Shown piece by piece: positions 34,845 through 49,239 of a stretch of 64,000 nucleotides of DNA. Numbering within the stretch: position 1 is the first letter of the stretch; every line of letters starts with the position of its first letter. Below the pieces are notes generated by a model, which was not told where the DNA came from, searched no databases, and worked only from the letters and a program-made list of their open reading frames with translations. The position numbers and the translations under genes were made by a program. The stretch is taken from NCBI GenBank assembly GCA_038087875.1, contig CM075988.1, forward strand, positions 4,030,001 through 4,094,000, read 5' to 3'. The DNA comes from Malacoraja senta (taxonomy: Eukaryota).

Positions 34845-36040
34845 GGATAGTCCAAGGGTCACCAATGAGGTAGATAATAGTTCAGGACTGCTCTCTGGTT
34901 GTGGTAGGATGATTCAGTTGCCTGATAATGTTAATCCTGGCTAAATTGGAGAGACTGCGACTTCAAAACGGGGTAAAAGCTTCAGGGCTGCTGGGAGATT
35001 TGGTCAATTTGGAATTGCTCTCTGCAGAGCTGGGACAAGCTGCGGAGAGGTGCCAGTGTGTCTAGAGCCTAGATACAATTTGCAAGCAAAGAATAAGAAC
35101 ATCTGCAGACCTTCTCAAGCAGGTGCAAAATGCATAGAATGGATTGGATGGCTGCAAACCAGACATACACCTTGTAAATAATTGTAAATAATGTTGCAGA
35201 TTTCTACTTTGCCGAGTGTTGATTGGATGAGGTATTGAGCCTTTTCTGGGTTTCTTGCAAATCAGGGTAAATGTTTCTAAGTTGGCTTCCTTGAGAAGTC
35301 CGTTTTGAATACAGTGTATTGAGCTGTTGTATCATTGGGTTAGGGGAATGCCTGTTATGTATGGGGTTAATCGATATCTGTAATTGGATTATTAAGAGAC
35401 CACCCCCATGTGGTTCGGCCCCTCGAGGTCCCGGGACATATAAAATTCCGCTACCACGAGGTCCAGCGTCGATCTTCTGGGAGAGCACTTGGGAAAACGT
35501 GAATTTCTGGAATGTCTCTGAGCGAGGCCGAGAGGGCTTGGACAGGCAGATACGAGGATCGAACCCGCGGTGGGATAGGTTGAACTGTAATGCGCTTTTG
35601 TTCAAATAAAATTTAGTTGTTTCAAGTGCTTGATTCAGTGTTTTTACTGAAACTAGACTGGGGGGAAGCTTAGAAATGAGAAATTTACAATAACAGCTGT
35701 GAAGAAACTGTCCCTGAATCTGGTGTGCGTTTTCACACGTATACCTTATGCCTGATTGGACAGGGGAGAAGAGAGAGTGACCAGGGTGTGACTCGTCCTT
35801 GATTATGCTGCTGACCTTGCCGAGACAGCGTGAGGTGTAAATGGAGTCAATGGACGGGAGGTTGGTTTGTGTGATGGTTTGGGCTTCGTCCACAATTTGC
35901 TGCAATTTCTTGCGGTCATGGATGGAGCTTTTCCCAAACCAAGTTGTGATGCATCCTGATAAAATGCTTTCTATGGTGCATCTAGAAGTTGGTGAGAGTT
36001 CCTAAGCCTTCTAAGGAAGTGGGGGTATTGGTGTGCTGTG
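34845..36040 (-). mobile_element. Rex1/Babar-like fragment hosting the solo LTR
   Basis: cagttgcctgataa|...|ataacagctg continuity; NLPSIDSIYTSRCLGK. Confidence 0.82.
34929..35689 (+). mobile_element. Solo LTR, 761 bp (ERV1- or Gypsy-type)
   Basis: TGTTAAT...ATTTACA termini, 4-bp TSD ataa at 34925-34928 and 35690-35693, TATAAAA near 35440, AATAAA near 35605; splits a Rex element. Confidence 0.88.
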
Positions 36041-37984
36041 GGTGTTTATCTGTCGGGAGAATCGAGAACCAGGTTTTAAAGTTTAAAGTACTGGTCATCC
36101 TTTAAGATTGGGAAGAAGCATTATTTTCCATCAGACTCTTTGACACTTTGGATTTCTTCCTCTGAGACAAGTGGAAGCAGAGTCTTAGTATTTTTAAGAC
36201 AGAGGTTAATAGACTCCTGATAAGCAAAGTAGGGGGTGGGGGGCAAGAGGATGTGTGGGGGTGGGGGGGGGGGGGAAAGAGGGAAGGTGATTTGGGGTCA
36301 CAAACAGTTCAGCAATTATCTCTTTAAATGGTGGAGCAATCTCGAGGGGCCGAGTGGTCTGTTCCTCGATCGTAGAACATAGAATAGTACAGCATATGAA
36401 CTGGCCCTTCAGCCCACAAGGTGCCAAACATAACGTCAATTATCTTGTTGAGTCTCATTGTCTGTATCTCATTTCCACATAACCCACAGCTAGCAATGGC
36501 CTCTCTCCTTTATCATTGTTATTTTTTTGCATATCTTTCATTCATTTGTTCTCTATTTCTCGTTTCCCTTTCCCCCGACGCTCAGTCTGAAGAAAGGTCG
36601 TGACCCGAAACGTCATCTAATCCTTTTCTCCAGAGATGTTGTCTGACCCGCTGAGTAACTCCAGCATTTTGTGTCTATCTTCGGTTTAAACCAGCATCTG
36701 CAGTTCCTTCCCACACATGCACATATGTCTGCACATCTGCACATATCCCTCCATTTTCTGTAATTCCATGTGCCTGTCAAAAAGCCTCTTGAATGCCACT
36801 ATCATATTAGCTTCTACCACCATCCTTGGCTGTCGGTTTCTGGCACCAACCTCCTTCTATGTAAAGGAACTTGCCCTGCACATCTCTTTTAAACATTGCC
36901 CCTTTCACTTTAAAGATGTAGTACAACGAGAAAAACAAATCTGCAATCCTTATTGCAATCGAGGCAGTTCATAGCTGAGAGTTTAGTTGGAGTTCGTGGT
37001 GTTCGCTCGCCTAATGGTTGTTGGGAAGACGCTGCTCTTGAACCTGGACTTGAACCAGTTTTCAGATTCCTTTACCTTCTTCCCGATGGCAGGAGTGAAA
37101 TGAGAGTTTGACCAGGCTGGTTGAGTTTAGTTTAGAGATACAGTACGCAAACTAGCCCTTCGGCCCACCGAGACCGCACCGACCCGCGATCCCCGCACAT
37201 TAACACTATCCGACACACGTGAGAGGCAATTTTACATTTATACCAAACCAATTAAACTACAAACCTGTATATCTTTGGAGTGTGGGAGGAAACCGAAGAT
37301 CTCGGAGAAAACCCATGTGATCATGGGATGGACATACAACCTCCATACAGACAGCACCTGTAGTCAGGATCGAACCCGGTTCTCCGGTGCTGTAAGCGCT
37401 GTAGGGCAGCAAATCTACCATTACGCCACCATGCTGCTGGTGTGCGTCTGTGACAATGTGAATTGTCTTTCTGAAACAGCGCCTCCAGTAGACCCCTTCA
37501 ATGGTGGGGAGGTCAGTGATGGACTGGGCAGTGTTCACCACTATTTGAGTGGTGAAAACAAGAGGAGGGGCCACATTTATCTGGCCTTGTGAGTACTCAG
37601 GAACATGTGGCTCGAGTAACTTGGTTTGGAGAGTGCTGAGTGTGAGGCTCATTCTCTGGTAGTCTTCAGTGAACAAGTCTTCTATGACTACTATCCACAT
37701 ACAGGGTGGCGCGTATATGCAACGAGCTGTCAGAGGAGGCCGTTGAGGCAAGTACTAAAACAAAATTTAAAAGACACTTGGACAAGAACATGGACAGGAA
37801 AGGTTTGTAGGGTTATGGGCCGTATGCAGGCAGGTTGGACTAGCGCAGATGGGGAATCTTGGCCGGCATGGACAGGTTGGGCCGAAGGGCCTGTTTCTGT
37901 GCTGTATAACTCTATGACTTGGAACTTGGTTTCTAACCTTGTCATCGAGGGTATTGAGAGGGACACTGAAAGCAGGTCCAGAAA

Positions 37985-38250
37985 AACACTGTCTCTTAGA
38001 GTCATAGTCGTAGAGTGATAGAGCGTAGAAACAGGCCCTTTGGCCCAACTTGCCCGCACCGGCCAACATGTCCCAGCTGCCCGCGTTTGGTCCATATCCC
38101 TCCAAACCTGTCCTATCCATGTATCTGTCCAACTGTTTCTTAAACGTTGGGATAGTCCCTGCCTCAACTACCTCCTCTGGCAGCTTGTTCCATACACCCA
38201 CCACCATCTGTGTGAAACTGTCACCCTTCAGATTCCTATTAAATCTCTTG
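37985..38250 (-). mobile_element. CR1 3' fragment
   Basis: VVGVWNKLPEEVVEAGTIPTFKKQLDRYMD; similar pieces at 40100-40520, 47130-47410, 55570-55910, 57410-57915. Confidence 0.85.
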
Positions 38251-41200
38251 AATCAGGGGTACCAACTCCTGGAGTCATGGCAGAAAACTGCAGACAACTA
38301 GATTAACTTACTTGCAGTCCAGATTTGCGAAAAAATAATTTTGGTTAGTGACGGGAGTCTAAAGGTTGATTTTATTTTTCCTAAACATAATTAGGTTCTG
38401 CAGTTAGCATTTAACAATGTTAATCTTGTAATCAAGTCAAATGGTGCACGTGAATAGTACAGAGGCAGCCTTCTCCTGGCATGTGTGCAGTTAATTATGA
38501 GGTTATTTGAACTTGTACTTGGCAATTACAGTCAGTGGGAGTAGGGTCAGACCTGTGGCCGCCTTGCAACACATAAATATGGAAGGATTTGACGACCAAT
38601 ATCAGCATGTGGTATTGCATCCCAAGTAGGCTGAACCTGGCACTTGGCAAGGGAACAATTCGATGCAGTGGAGATGTGGGATACGGTCTGTTTTCTACCA
38701 AAAGAGTCACGTGGGTGGTTCTAGGTGGTTCTAAAGGATCAAGGTTTAAAACTGATAAAGAAACAGAAGAAGAAGGTTTTGGAAATTCAGTGTGTGATAT
38801 TGCAGAAAGGTGAGGATGGAGATGCAAAGAACTGCAGATGCTGATTTAAAAAACAAAAACACAAAGTGCTGGAGTAACTCAGCGGGTCAGGCAGTGTCTC
38901 TGGGGGACATGGATGGGTAATGTTTTTGGGCCAGATCCTTTCTTCAGTTTATGTGTAAGAAGGAACTGCAGATGCTGCTTTAAACCGAATAGAGAGACAA
39001 AAACCAGTACCCCGTTCCTGCTCTTTCCCCATATCCCTTGATTCCGTTAGCCCTAAGAGCTATGTCTAACTCTCTCTTGAATACATTGCGAGATGTATTA
39101 CAGATCCTGGAATCTGACGGTCAGAAAGAGTATGTCCATCGGTGGGTCAGCATCTGTGGAGAAGGAAACCAAGCTGACTATTCACCAAAGCTGATGTTAG
39201 CCACATTCCCCACACCACAAAAGCTGCTTGATCAGCTGAGTATTTCAGGAATGTGGACACAAGGTGTCAGGCAGCATCTCTGAGAAAAGGAACAAGCGAC
39301 ATTTTGGGTTGACTTGATACATGTAGAAAGCCACCGATGGGCGCTGAGATAAGATTGGATTTCTGTAATCACATTTAATTGCGCAAGAGACAGAACTAAC
39401 TTTGCGAACCTTCCAACCCAACTCAGGGTGCAGCTCCTGCAGTTTAGTTTAGTTTAGTTTTAGTTTAGAGATGCAGCTCGGAAACAGGCCCTTCAGTCCA
39501 CCGAGTCCACACCGACCAGTGATCCCCACACATTAACACTATCCAACACACACTAGGGACAATTTACACAGGCACCAAGCCAATTCTACAGGCCTGTACG
39601 TCTTTGGAGTGTGGGAGGAAACCGAAGATCTCGGAGTAAACCCACGTGGTCACGGGGAGAACATACAAACTCCGTACAGACAGCACCCATAGTTGGGATC
39701 GAACCCGCGTCTCTGGAGCTGCATTCGTTGCAAGGCAGCAACTCTACCGCTGCGCCACCGTCGCCACCCACATGAACAAAGGGTGATTATCCTCATCTAT
39801 AACTCACTTGGAGTTTATCTTGTATCTGCCCACCACGGTCTATTTTTGATATCATGGGAACCACTGCTGGCTGAATACTTGATCATAGTCAGAGAGACCT
39901 ACAGCCTTTAGCAATTCGAGAGACAGAACATTACCTGTTGGGAGAATAATGAGGAGAAAAATTGACCTGGAGCACTGGAAGCTATTGATGGTCCATTCCC
40001 ATTCCCTCTGCGAGCCTACCAACCAAACACCATTGTATTCTCCATTGTGCAGTGAAACTCATGCTCCAAGGCATAGTGCTGAGTCCAACAATTTAGCCTC
40101 TCATGGAAACAGGCCCTTCAGCCCAACTTGCCTACACCAGCCAACATGTCCTCATCTACACTAGACCCACCTGTCTGCGTTTGGCCCATATCCCTCTAAA
40201 CCTGTCCAATCCATGTACCTGTCTAAATGTTGCTTAAATGTTGTGACACAACCTGCCTCAACTATCTCCTCAGGCAGCTCGTTCCATACACCCACCGCCC
40301 TTTGTGTGAAAGAGTTACCTCTCAGGTTCCTATCATATCTTTCACCCCTCACCTTAATCCTATGTCCTCTGGTTCTTAATTCCCCTACTCTGGGCAAGAG
40401 TCTCTGTGCGACTACTCAATCTGTTCATCTCATGATTTTGTACACCTCAATAAGGTCACCCCTCATCCTCCTGCGCTCCAAGGAATAGAGTCCCAGCCTA
40501 CGGAACCTCTCCCTATAGATCTGTATTTGGTCTAGATACTATCAACATTTTATGGGGGGGGGGGGGGGGCTTGCATTTGTTCACCTTCACTACAATGCAC
40601 AGGCCTGGAGTAATCATGGTATCTGGTTTAATTTGTATGTGGGCTTTTTGCCCTGTCTTACCTGCTCATGATTTTTTGAAAAACTCTGTGTATTACACTT
40701 AAAACTCACAGTGGCGCAGCGGTAGAGTTGCTGCCTTACAGTGATAACTGCACGAGAGACTTGGATTAAATCCTGGCTATGGGTGCTTGTCTGTACAGAG
40801 TTTGTATGTGACCGCCTGGGTTTTCTCTGAGAATTTTGGTTCCCTCCCACCACAAAGATGTACAGGTTTGCAGGTTGATTGGCTTGGTATAAATGTAAAA
40901 ATTGTCCCTAGTGTAGGATGGTGTTAATGTACGGGGTTCACTGGTCCATGCGAACTCGATGGGCCGAAGGGCATGTTTCAGCGCTGTATCTCTAAACTAA
41001 ACTAAACAACCTAGATTGAAACAAAGTGCTGGAGTAACTCAGTGCGACAGGCAGCATCTCTGGAGAGAAGGAATGGGTGACGTTTCGGGTTGAGATCCTT
41101 CTTCAAACAACCTAGGCTGTGATTACAAAGCAATTAGTCGGAACACATTCTTCCAATCCGCTATTAATTCTGTAGTCCAATCCATCCTGAACAGAGATGA

Positions 41201-41359
41201 AGATGTCAGTTGCTCTGACTGGCATCTTCAGTCCTGGCCATCAGATGAACTGTCAAATCATAGCTGTTGCAGATGTTTTCTGGAATGTCTTTAAATGAAG
41301 CATGTGTTTTTCCGATTCAGTTATCTGAACGTCGTCATATGACAGTGACTGGACAGTTA

Positions 41360-41900
41360 AGGGGCTGTCCCACTTGGGTGACCTAATTGGCGAGTTTAGA
41401 AGAGTTTGAAAAAATGACATCTTGAAGACCTCCTTCGACTATGTTGAAGACCAGCTTCGACTAGCTTCGACTAGCTATGACTAACTTCGGGAAAATTGGA
41501 CACCGAATAGTGGAGAGTGAAGACGACCTCCTTCGATCTCCTTCGATCTCCCTTCGACCTCCCTTCGACCTCCCTTCGACTATGATTAAGACCATCTACG
41601 ACTACCTTCGACTACCCTCGATTACCTACGAATAACATGCCGACCTACTACGACTAAACCTACGATTAAAAAAGTAGCGATTTTTTCCATGGCGACCTTT
41701 TTTTACTCGCGGGCATTTTTTAACATATTGAAAAAAAAGCTGCGACCTAGCTGAGGCCTCGAGTAAGCGGAGACCACTCTCAAGCATGAAGGAGAGTTAC
41801 AAAGACCTCCTACGACCTCGTATCGACCATGCAGCGAGTATGAGTCGAGGGCAAACTCACCAGAACTTGCGGATTAGGTCGTCCAAGTGGGACAGGCCCT
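41360..41900. mobile_element. PIF/Harbinger-like MITE with internal CTTCGAC/CTACGAC repeats
   Basis: TIR aggggctgtcccacttgg / ccaagtgggacaggccct; TTA/TAA flanks (TTAA on both sides if 1 bp shorter). Confidence 0.85.
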
Positions 41901-43514
41901 TAAGCAGTCCGTCACACTGTCATAACTTCAGATATTTCAACAATGGTGCTGGGGCTAAAGTTCTGAAACTAGGATTGCCCATTGCAGTTTTGTAGTCCTT
42001 TGGGTAAAGTAGAATAAAGTGAGACCTTGTAGGAAATCACTTGGCAAGGTGGAGAATGAAGAGTTGTTAAATCTGTGGAAATATTTTGGGGAAGATTGTA
42101 ATTCATCTTGTTTTGGGAAATAAAGGAAAGGGTAAGGCAGCAACTCTACCGCTGTACCGCTGTACCACTGTGCCACTGTGCCGCTCTGCCGCTGTGCCAC
42201 TGTGCCACCGCTTGGAGTTGGAATTGGTAATGGTGTGGCTCATGAGACCCAAAACTCTGAATTTCTCTTTGATCCCTTTTCCTCCCTGATAGTCTCATCT
42301 CCTCTGAGGCCCTAAGGCCCTAACATACATCTCAGGTATACCTTGTTGGAGAAGTAAAGCCTTAGGACATTTTTATTATTGTTATGGCACTGTATAAAGA
42401 TAATGAACAAATTGCGTGAACAGGAGAATCGGTTGTAGGGTTATGGTGGAAATACTGTAAGGAGGGGAATCGACTAAAACGTTTGGTCTTCTGGGAGCTG
42501 GCATGGACCTGATGGGCTGAGTGGACTCCATCTGCATTGTATAACTATGTCAGCAGCAATATGAATAATGTAGGATTCTATTATTCAGGACAATTGTTGT
42601 AACGTGAGAAAATCTGAGTTTAATGTCTTCAAAATTGACAAAGGAGGACAGGTTACCAGGTTGTACACTAAACCATCAGCTCCAGAGATGCCATCTTACC
42701 AGCTGAGTTACTCCAGCATCGTGTGTCTATCTTCAGTTTAAACTAGCATCTGCAGTTCCTTCCTACACATCTTGTCTGCTCCACTGCGAAATCTCATAAG
42801 CTCATAAGGAAAAGGAGTAAAATTAGGCCATTCGGCCCAGCAAGTCATTCGATCGGCTGATCTATCTCTCCCTCCTAACCTTATTCTCCTGCCTTCTCCC
42901 CATAACCTCTGACACCTGTACCTCCTCAAGCTATGTCTAATGTGAAGAAGTTCTCCTCTCTGCGACGAGAGTTCTGTAACATCCTCTCTCGCTGCTCCCC
43001 CTCTGCCATTCCTCCTGCTCTCCTACAAACAATGGCCTGTTTCCTTTCTCATCGTTACTTTCTTGCATATCTTTCATTCATTTGTTCTGTATCTCTCTAC
43101 ATCATCATTTATACATCTGTCATGTCTCTGTCTCCTGACTCTCAGTCTGAAGAAGGGTCTTGACCCAAAATGTCACCTATTCCTTTTCTCTGTCTGACCC
43201 GTGGAGTTATTCCAGCATTGTGTGTCTTTCGTTAGCTGACTAACTGAGATAATTCCAAGCTAAAGCCTACATAGACAGGGAGGGCAGGATGATGAAGTAA
43301 TCCAACGTGCCTGAACATAGTCAAGAGAGTCAAGAGTCAAGAGTATTTTATTGTCATATGTCCCAGATAGAACAATAAAATGCTTACTTGCACCAGCACA
43401 ACACAACATCCTTCATGAACTTCTGATTTAATTTGTTGAAAGAAAATCTCAGTTCAAGAGTGAAGCCTGACTGAAACTATACAGGGCCCTGATTACATGG
43501 CACCAGTATTATTG

Positions 43515-44300
43515 TGAAGATAGACACAAAATGCTGGAGTAACTCAGCGGGAAAGGCAGCATCTCTGGGTAGAAGGAACGGGTGACGTTTCAGGTCGAGA
43601 CCCTTCTTCAGACTGAGAGTCAGGGGTGAGGGAGACATAATGATAAGCAAGTGTAAGGTGTGAAAATGAGACATCAAAGGATGAGGCTCAAGGAAAATAT
43701 AGAATAGCTCATTGTTAGACAGGAGAAGGTGACAAAGAAGCAAACAGAGATCAAATTTAATCGGGGACAGTCAGACTGGTCGGAGAACTAGGAAGGGGGA
43801 GGGATGGAGAGCGAGGGAAAGCAAGGGATGTAGATGGTATTTAGGAGAAATGAAGGGAAGAGATGCAAAAAGCAACGATAATCATTGAAATGGAGGTGAT
43901 TGTTGGGTGTTGGATACGTGAGAACGAGGGTTACAGACAGAAGAACTAAACAGGAGGACAGTGAAACGAGTAGGACTACTTGTGTGGGGGTGGGATGGAG
44001 AGAGAGGGAAAGCAAGGGTTACTAGAAGTTAGAGAAATCAATATTCATACTGCTGGGGTGTAAGCTGGCCAATTGTGTAAAATGCTGTTCCTCCAATATG
44101 CGCTGGCCTCACCCTGACAGTGGAGGAGGCCCAGGACAGAAAGGTCAGTACGGGAATGGGAGTGGGAGTTAAAGTGTTTGGCAACCGGAAGATCAGGTAG
44201 GTTTAGGTGGACTGGGCGGAGGTGTTAAGCGAAATGAGCCTGCGCTTGGTCTCGCCGATATATAGATCAGGTAGGTTTCGGTGGACTGAGCGGAGGTGGC
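43515..44300 (-). mobile_element. Penelope 3' fragment with pLTR
   Basis: IYIGETKRR, GIY-YIG C-terminus, hammerhead-like core at 43584-43611. Confidence 0.8.
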
Positions 44301-45192
44301 ACTGTATTATTGTGTTCTGATCAGGTCTCACTACCTAAGACATGAGATACTTCCAGTGGGCCTGCTGCAATGAACATTTCACCAGATTGCTTTTAGGGAT
44401 TGGTGCTTATGTGGAGGGATTAAGCCAATTGTGCGTTTACTTTCTAAAGTGTGGAGGAATGATATATTAGAAAATAGAAAATAGGTGCAGGAGGAGGCCA
44501 TTCGGTCCTTCGAGCCAGCACCGTGTATATAATTTTACATAGAGCAGTACAGCACAGGACAGGCTCTTCAGCCCACAATCACTGCGCTGAACATGATGCC
44601 AAGACCAACTCTTATCTGCCCACACATCATCCATACCCCTCCAATCCCTGCATATCCATGTGCCTATCCAAAAGTCTCCTAAATGCTAATATTGTATCTA
44701 GCTCAACCATCACAACCAGGCAGCACCCTTTGTGTAAATTTTTTTTAACCTTAAAACTTTGTCCCCATCACCTTAAAGTAGTCTTCAACCTTTATATCCT
44801 GGGATAAAGGTTCTGACTGTCTATCCTCTCTATGCCTCTCATAATTTGATGTACTAAGTGCTTATTAGACACCATTCCTTCAATCCAGAGATGCTCACCT
44901 GTTCCGCTGAGTCACTGCAACATTTTGTGTCTATCTATTGAAACGTACAAATAGTTACGGAGCCTGACAACATTAATTGCAAAGATGCTATTTCCCCTCC
45001 TGAAATGTCTGGAAGCTGGGGTCATTATCTCAAAATAAGAGGTCTGTCATTCAACAAGGAAATGAAAGGTTTCTCAAATTGGAAGACCAATCTTATAGAT
45101 AATATATAGATAGGTATGGCCCTATACACTTCTACCCCATTGAGAACATTGGACTGTCTAAGGAACAAGGGCAGCACAGCGGTGGAACGGTA

Positions 45193-45505
45193 GCCCCTGT
45201 CCCACTTTCCCGAGTTACTCACGAATTCTCCCGAGTTTTCCCCTTGATTCAAACTCGGAGAATTACGGTAATAGCCAGCCATAGGTACTCAGGGCTATTT
45301 TTTAAACTCGTGGACATTTTTCAACATGCTGAAAAAACGTCCCGACTTACCTGATGCCCCGACTACCTACGGCTGGCATTACGAGCAGCTACGAAATATC
45401 TACGGACGCCTACGGCCTCCTACAGACTTGCTACGGACATTCTCCGATTTTGAAACAAGGGGAAAACTCGGGAGAATTCGTAACTCGGGAAAGTGGGACA
45501 GGCCC
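45193..45505. mobile_element. PIF/Harbinger-like MITE inserted in an HE1 SINE
   Basis: Long TIR cctgtcccactttcccgagttac...gaattctcccgagttttcccctt mirrored at the right end. Confidence 0.85.
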
Positions 45506-46404
45506 ACAGTGCCAGAGACTCAGGTTCGATCCTGACTACATGTGCTGTCTGTATGGAGTTTGAACGTTCTCCCCGGGACCTGTGTGGGTTTTCTCTGAGA
45601 TCTTCGGTTTCCTCCCACACTCCAAAAGGTACAGGTTTGTACCTTTTTGCCTTGGTGTGTGTGTAAAATGTCCCTGGTGTGTCTAGGATAGTGTTAATGT
45701 GCAGGGATCGCTGGTCGATGTGGACTCGGTGGGCTGAAGGGCCTGTTTGAGAACTGTATCGCTAAACTAAACTAAACTAAACTAAATAATCAAGGCAGTT
45801 TGTAGTTTGGAGTTTAGTTGGAGTTTGTGGTGTTCAATAGCTTGACGGTTGTTGGGAAGAAGCTGGTCGTTATAATTTTCAGGCTTCTATTCGTGAGTAG
45901 GTTTTCTTTGGGTGCTCTGGTTTTCTCCCACATTCCAAAGACGTACGGGTTTGTAGGTTAATTGGCTTTGATAAGTTGCATGAAATTGTCCCTAATGTGT
46001 GTAGGTTAGTGTATGAGGTGATTGGTGGCCGGTGCCGATTTGGTGATCCATAGGGGCCTGTTACCACACAGTATCTCTGAAGTCTAAAATCTAAAGTCTA
46101 AAGTCTAAAGTGATACTCTACAATGCTCTACATGTAGTATCTGCTCCTTTGCTCTATCTATTGTGTTGGAGTTTGAACTGATTGTATCTGTCTGTGATAT
46201 ATCTGATCTGTTTGGAGAGCATGCAAAACAAAGTTGTTCACTGTACCTCGGTACATGTGGCAATACTAACCCTAAACATAATTTCAGCTGAATGTCTTGT
46301 CTCTAAAATCAAAATCTGTTGCACAAACTAAAATCCAAAAATGATTACAACACTCAGCAGGTTAGAGAACATATACTGTATGGAAAGAGATGCAAAGATA
46401 CAAA

Positions 46405-46800
46405 ACTTCGCCCAACACCTCCGCTCGGTTCGCAATAACCAACGTGATCTCCCGGTGGCTCAGCACGTCAACTCCCCCTCCCATTCCGAATCCAACCTTT
46501 CTGTCCTGGGCCTCCTCCATGGCCAGTGAGGACCACCTTAAATTGGAGGAGCAGCACCTCATATTTTGCTTGGGCAGTTTGCACCCCAGCGGTATGAACA
46601 TTGACGTCTCTAATTTCAGGTAGTCCTCACTTTCTCCTTCTCAGCTCTCCCTCAGCCCATTGGCTCCACCTCTTCCTTTCTTCTTCCCCCCCCCCACCGT
46701 CACTTCAGTCTGAAGAAGGGTCTCAACCCGAAACGTTGCCTATTTCCTTCGCTCCATAGATGCTGCCTCACCCGCTGAGTTTCTCCAGCATTTTTGTCTA
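46405..46800 (+). mobile_element. Penelope 3' end and pLTR
   Basis: FAQHLRSVRNNQRDLPVAQH; hammerhead-like core at 46710-46737. Confidence 0.9.
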
Positions 46801-47627
46801 TCAAAGTTAACCTAATGCATGTTTAGAATTCTCTCCCCACAGGGCATCGAATGCGTGCATGGCAGAGGTTAATAGATTTTGAGATATAAAAGGAATCAAG
46901 GGATATGGAGTTAGTGCACTGAGTAACACTGAAATAAATAGCAGCCATGGTCTTATCGAGCGGTGGATTGGCTGCAAGTGATGAATGGTCCCACCTGGTT
47001 TGATTTCTTATGTTCTTCTGTAATGAATGGTAAATGTTTGTATGACTTAAGACATAAGCAGCAGGGCTTTTCATGAGCATGATTAGAATTAGTGTTACAG
47101 AAGGGGATTAGGAATTACAGATTAGGTATCGAAAACCAGAGGATATAGGTTTAAGGTGAGGTGGAAAAGGTTTAATAGGAACCCGAGGGGTAACATTTTC
47201 ACACAAAGGTTGGTGGGTGCATGGAACGAGCTGCCGGAGGAAGGGGTTGAGGCAGGTACCATGGCATAAACATTTAGACAGGTACATGGATAGGACAGGT
47301 TTAGAGGGATATGGGCCAAACGCAGGTAGGTGGGACTAGTGAAGATGAGACATGTTGGTCGATGTGGGCAAGTTGGGCTGAAGGGCCTGTTTCAATGCTG
47401 TGTGACTCTATGGAACACTGCCCAGGGTGGCTGTGTGACTATGAAGACTTTTGATTAAATAGGAATGGTTGAGAATTCCAGTAACATTTGACACGAGACA
47501 AATCCAGATACAGTCAACGTTATGGGCATAGACAAGCTATTCTTGGCATTAGAGGGGATAGGTGATTAGAAAATCCTATAATGGTCAGACACAAAGTGTG
47601 TTTTTTAATTAGGTTTAGAGGCATGAG

Positions 47628-48150
47628 AATGAATGAATGAATGAATGAATGAATACTTTATTGTCATTATAACATGTAAACATGTACAACACAATTAGAA
47701 ATGCCAACCAGTCAGTGCACTATTCACACATTTTCTAAAAACAAAAGTCTAAAATAAACAACTAAAATAAATAACATGTAAAAAACATTCTTCTGTGGAT
47801 TTCCCAGTCCCTTTGGTGTGTAGCACACCTGTACTCATTTGGTGGCTACATTAAGTGTAGTTATTGTTGTGGGATAAAAACTGTTTTTGAGTCTGTTTGT
47901 CCTTGTCCTCATTGATCTGTACCGTCTGCCTGACGGCAGCAGTACAAACAGGGAGTGACCGGGGTGGGAAATGTCCTTTATGATCTTCTGGGATTTTTTG
48001 AGACAGTGGGAACTGTGTAGGTCCTCCAAGGTGAGGAGAGGGCAGCCGATAATCTTCTGGGCGTTGTCAATAGCCCTCTGGAGCGCTTTCCTCTTAGCCG
48101 CTGTGCAGCTGGTGTACCACACGCATACACAGTATGTTAAGATGCTCTCT
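47628..48150 (-). mobile_element. Rex1/Babar-like LINE 3' end, distinct subfamily with (ATTC)n tail
   Basis: RKALQR.IDNAQKIIG...HPGHSLFVLLPSGRRYRSMRTRTNRLKNSFYP. Confidence 0.85.
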
Positions 48151-49205
48151 ATTGAAAATTACCGAATAATGAAAGGCCTGGATCAAGTGGATGTCTTTAG
48201 TCAGAGGGTGGTGAATCTATGGGATTCATTGCCACAGACAGCTGTGAAGGCCAAGTCATTGGGTATCTTTTAAATGGAGATTGATAGATCTTTGATTGGT
48301 AAGGGCATGAAAAGTTACAGGGAAAAGGCAGGAGAATGGGGTTGAGAGGGAAATATAGATCAGCCATGATTGAATGGCGGTGTAGGCTCGATGGGCTGAA
48401 TGGCCTCATTCTGCTCATGTGTCTTATGAAATTGGAGTAGGTCTGGCTTACATGCCCCTTATTTCTACTCCACCATAATTTGTAATCATGGCTAACTCGA
48501 CGGGCTGTGGCGGAGGCAGGTGCAATAGTGGTGTTTAAGGGATTCCAAAGAGTGCAGGTTTGTAGGTTAATTGGCTTCTGTAAATTGTCCCTGGAGTGTG
48601 GGATAGAACTAGTGTACGAGTGATAATTGGTCAGCATGCTGCATCTCTAAACTAATCTAAACCTTGCTCTTGTGTCCTAAATTCTCCACTATGCCGAATC
48701 TCATCCAAGGGCAATGAGAGAGGCAGAGAAATCAGGGAATGACTCTGGGAAAATTAGAGCAGCCATGATCAAATGATAGAACAGACTTAATTCTGCTCGT
48801 GTGTCTTATGATCTGATGATATTGGAGTAGGTGTAGCTTACACACCCCTAATCTCTATTCCACCGTAATTTGTAATCATGGCTAAATTCAACACGCTGTT
48901 ACAGGTGGTGGTGGAGGCAGTTACAATAGTGGTGTTTAAGAGGCTTTCAGATAGCCCCCTGGATATGCTGAACATGGAGAGATCATGTGCGGGCAGAGGA
49001 GCTTAGTTTGACCTGGCATTATGTTCGGCATAAACAATGTGGGCTGATTCTGTGTTAGTTTAGTTTAGTTTAGAGATACAGCGCGGAACTAGCGAGTCCG
49101 CGCCGACCAGCGATCCCCGCACATTAACACACATAGGGCCAATTTACAGAAAATGCTGGAGTAACTCAGCGGGGCAGGCAACATCTTTGGAAAGAAGGAA
49201 TGGGC

Positions 49206-49233
49206 GACGTTTCGGGTCGAGACCCTTCTTCAG
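49206..49233 (-). ncRNA. Best-preserved hammerhead ribozyme-like motif
   Basis: CUGAAGA-A-GGGUC-UC-GACCC-GAAAC-GUC. Confidence 0.65.
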
Positions 49234-49239
49234 ACTAAT

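Noticed and set aside
35204..35905. 233-aa ORF
   Set aside because: Read-through from a Rex fragment into the antisense strand of the solo LTR
38254..38380. hAT element starting caggggtaccaactcc
   Set aside because: No matching right TIR or TSD found
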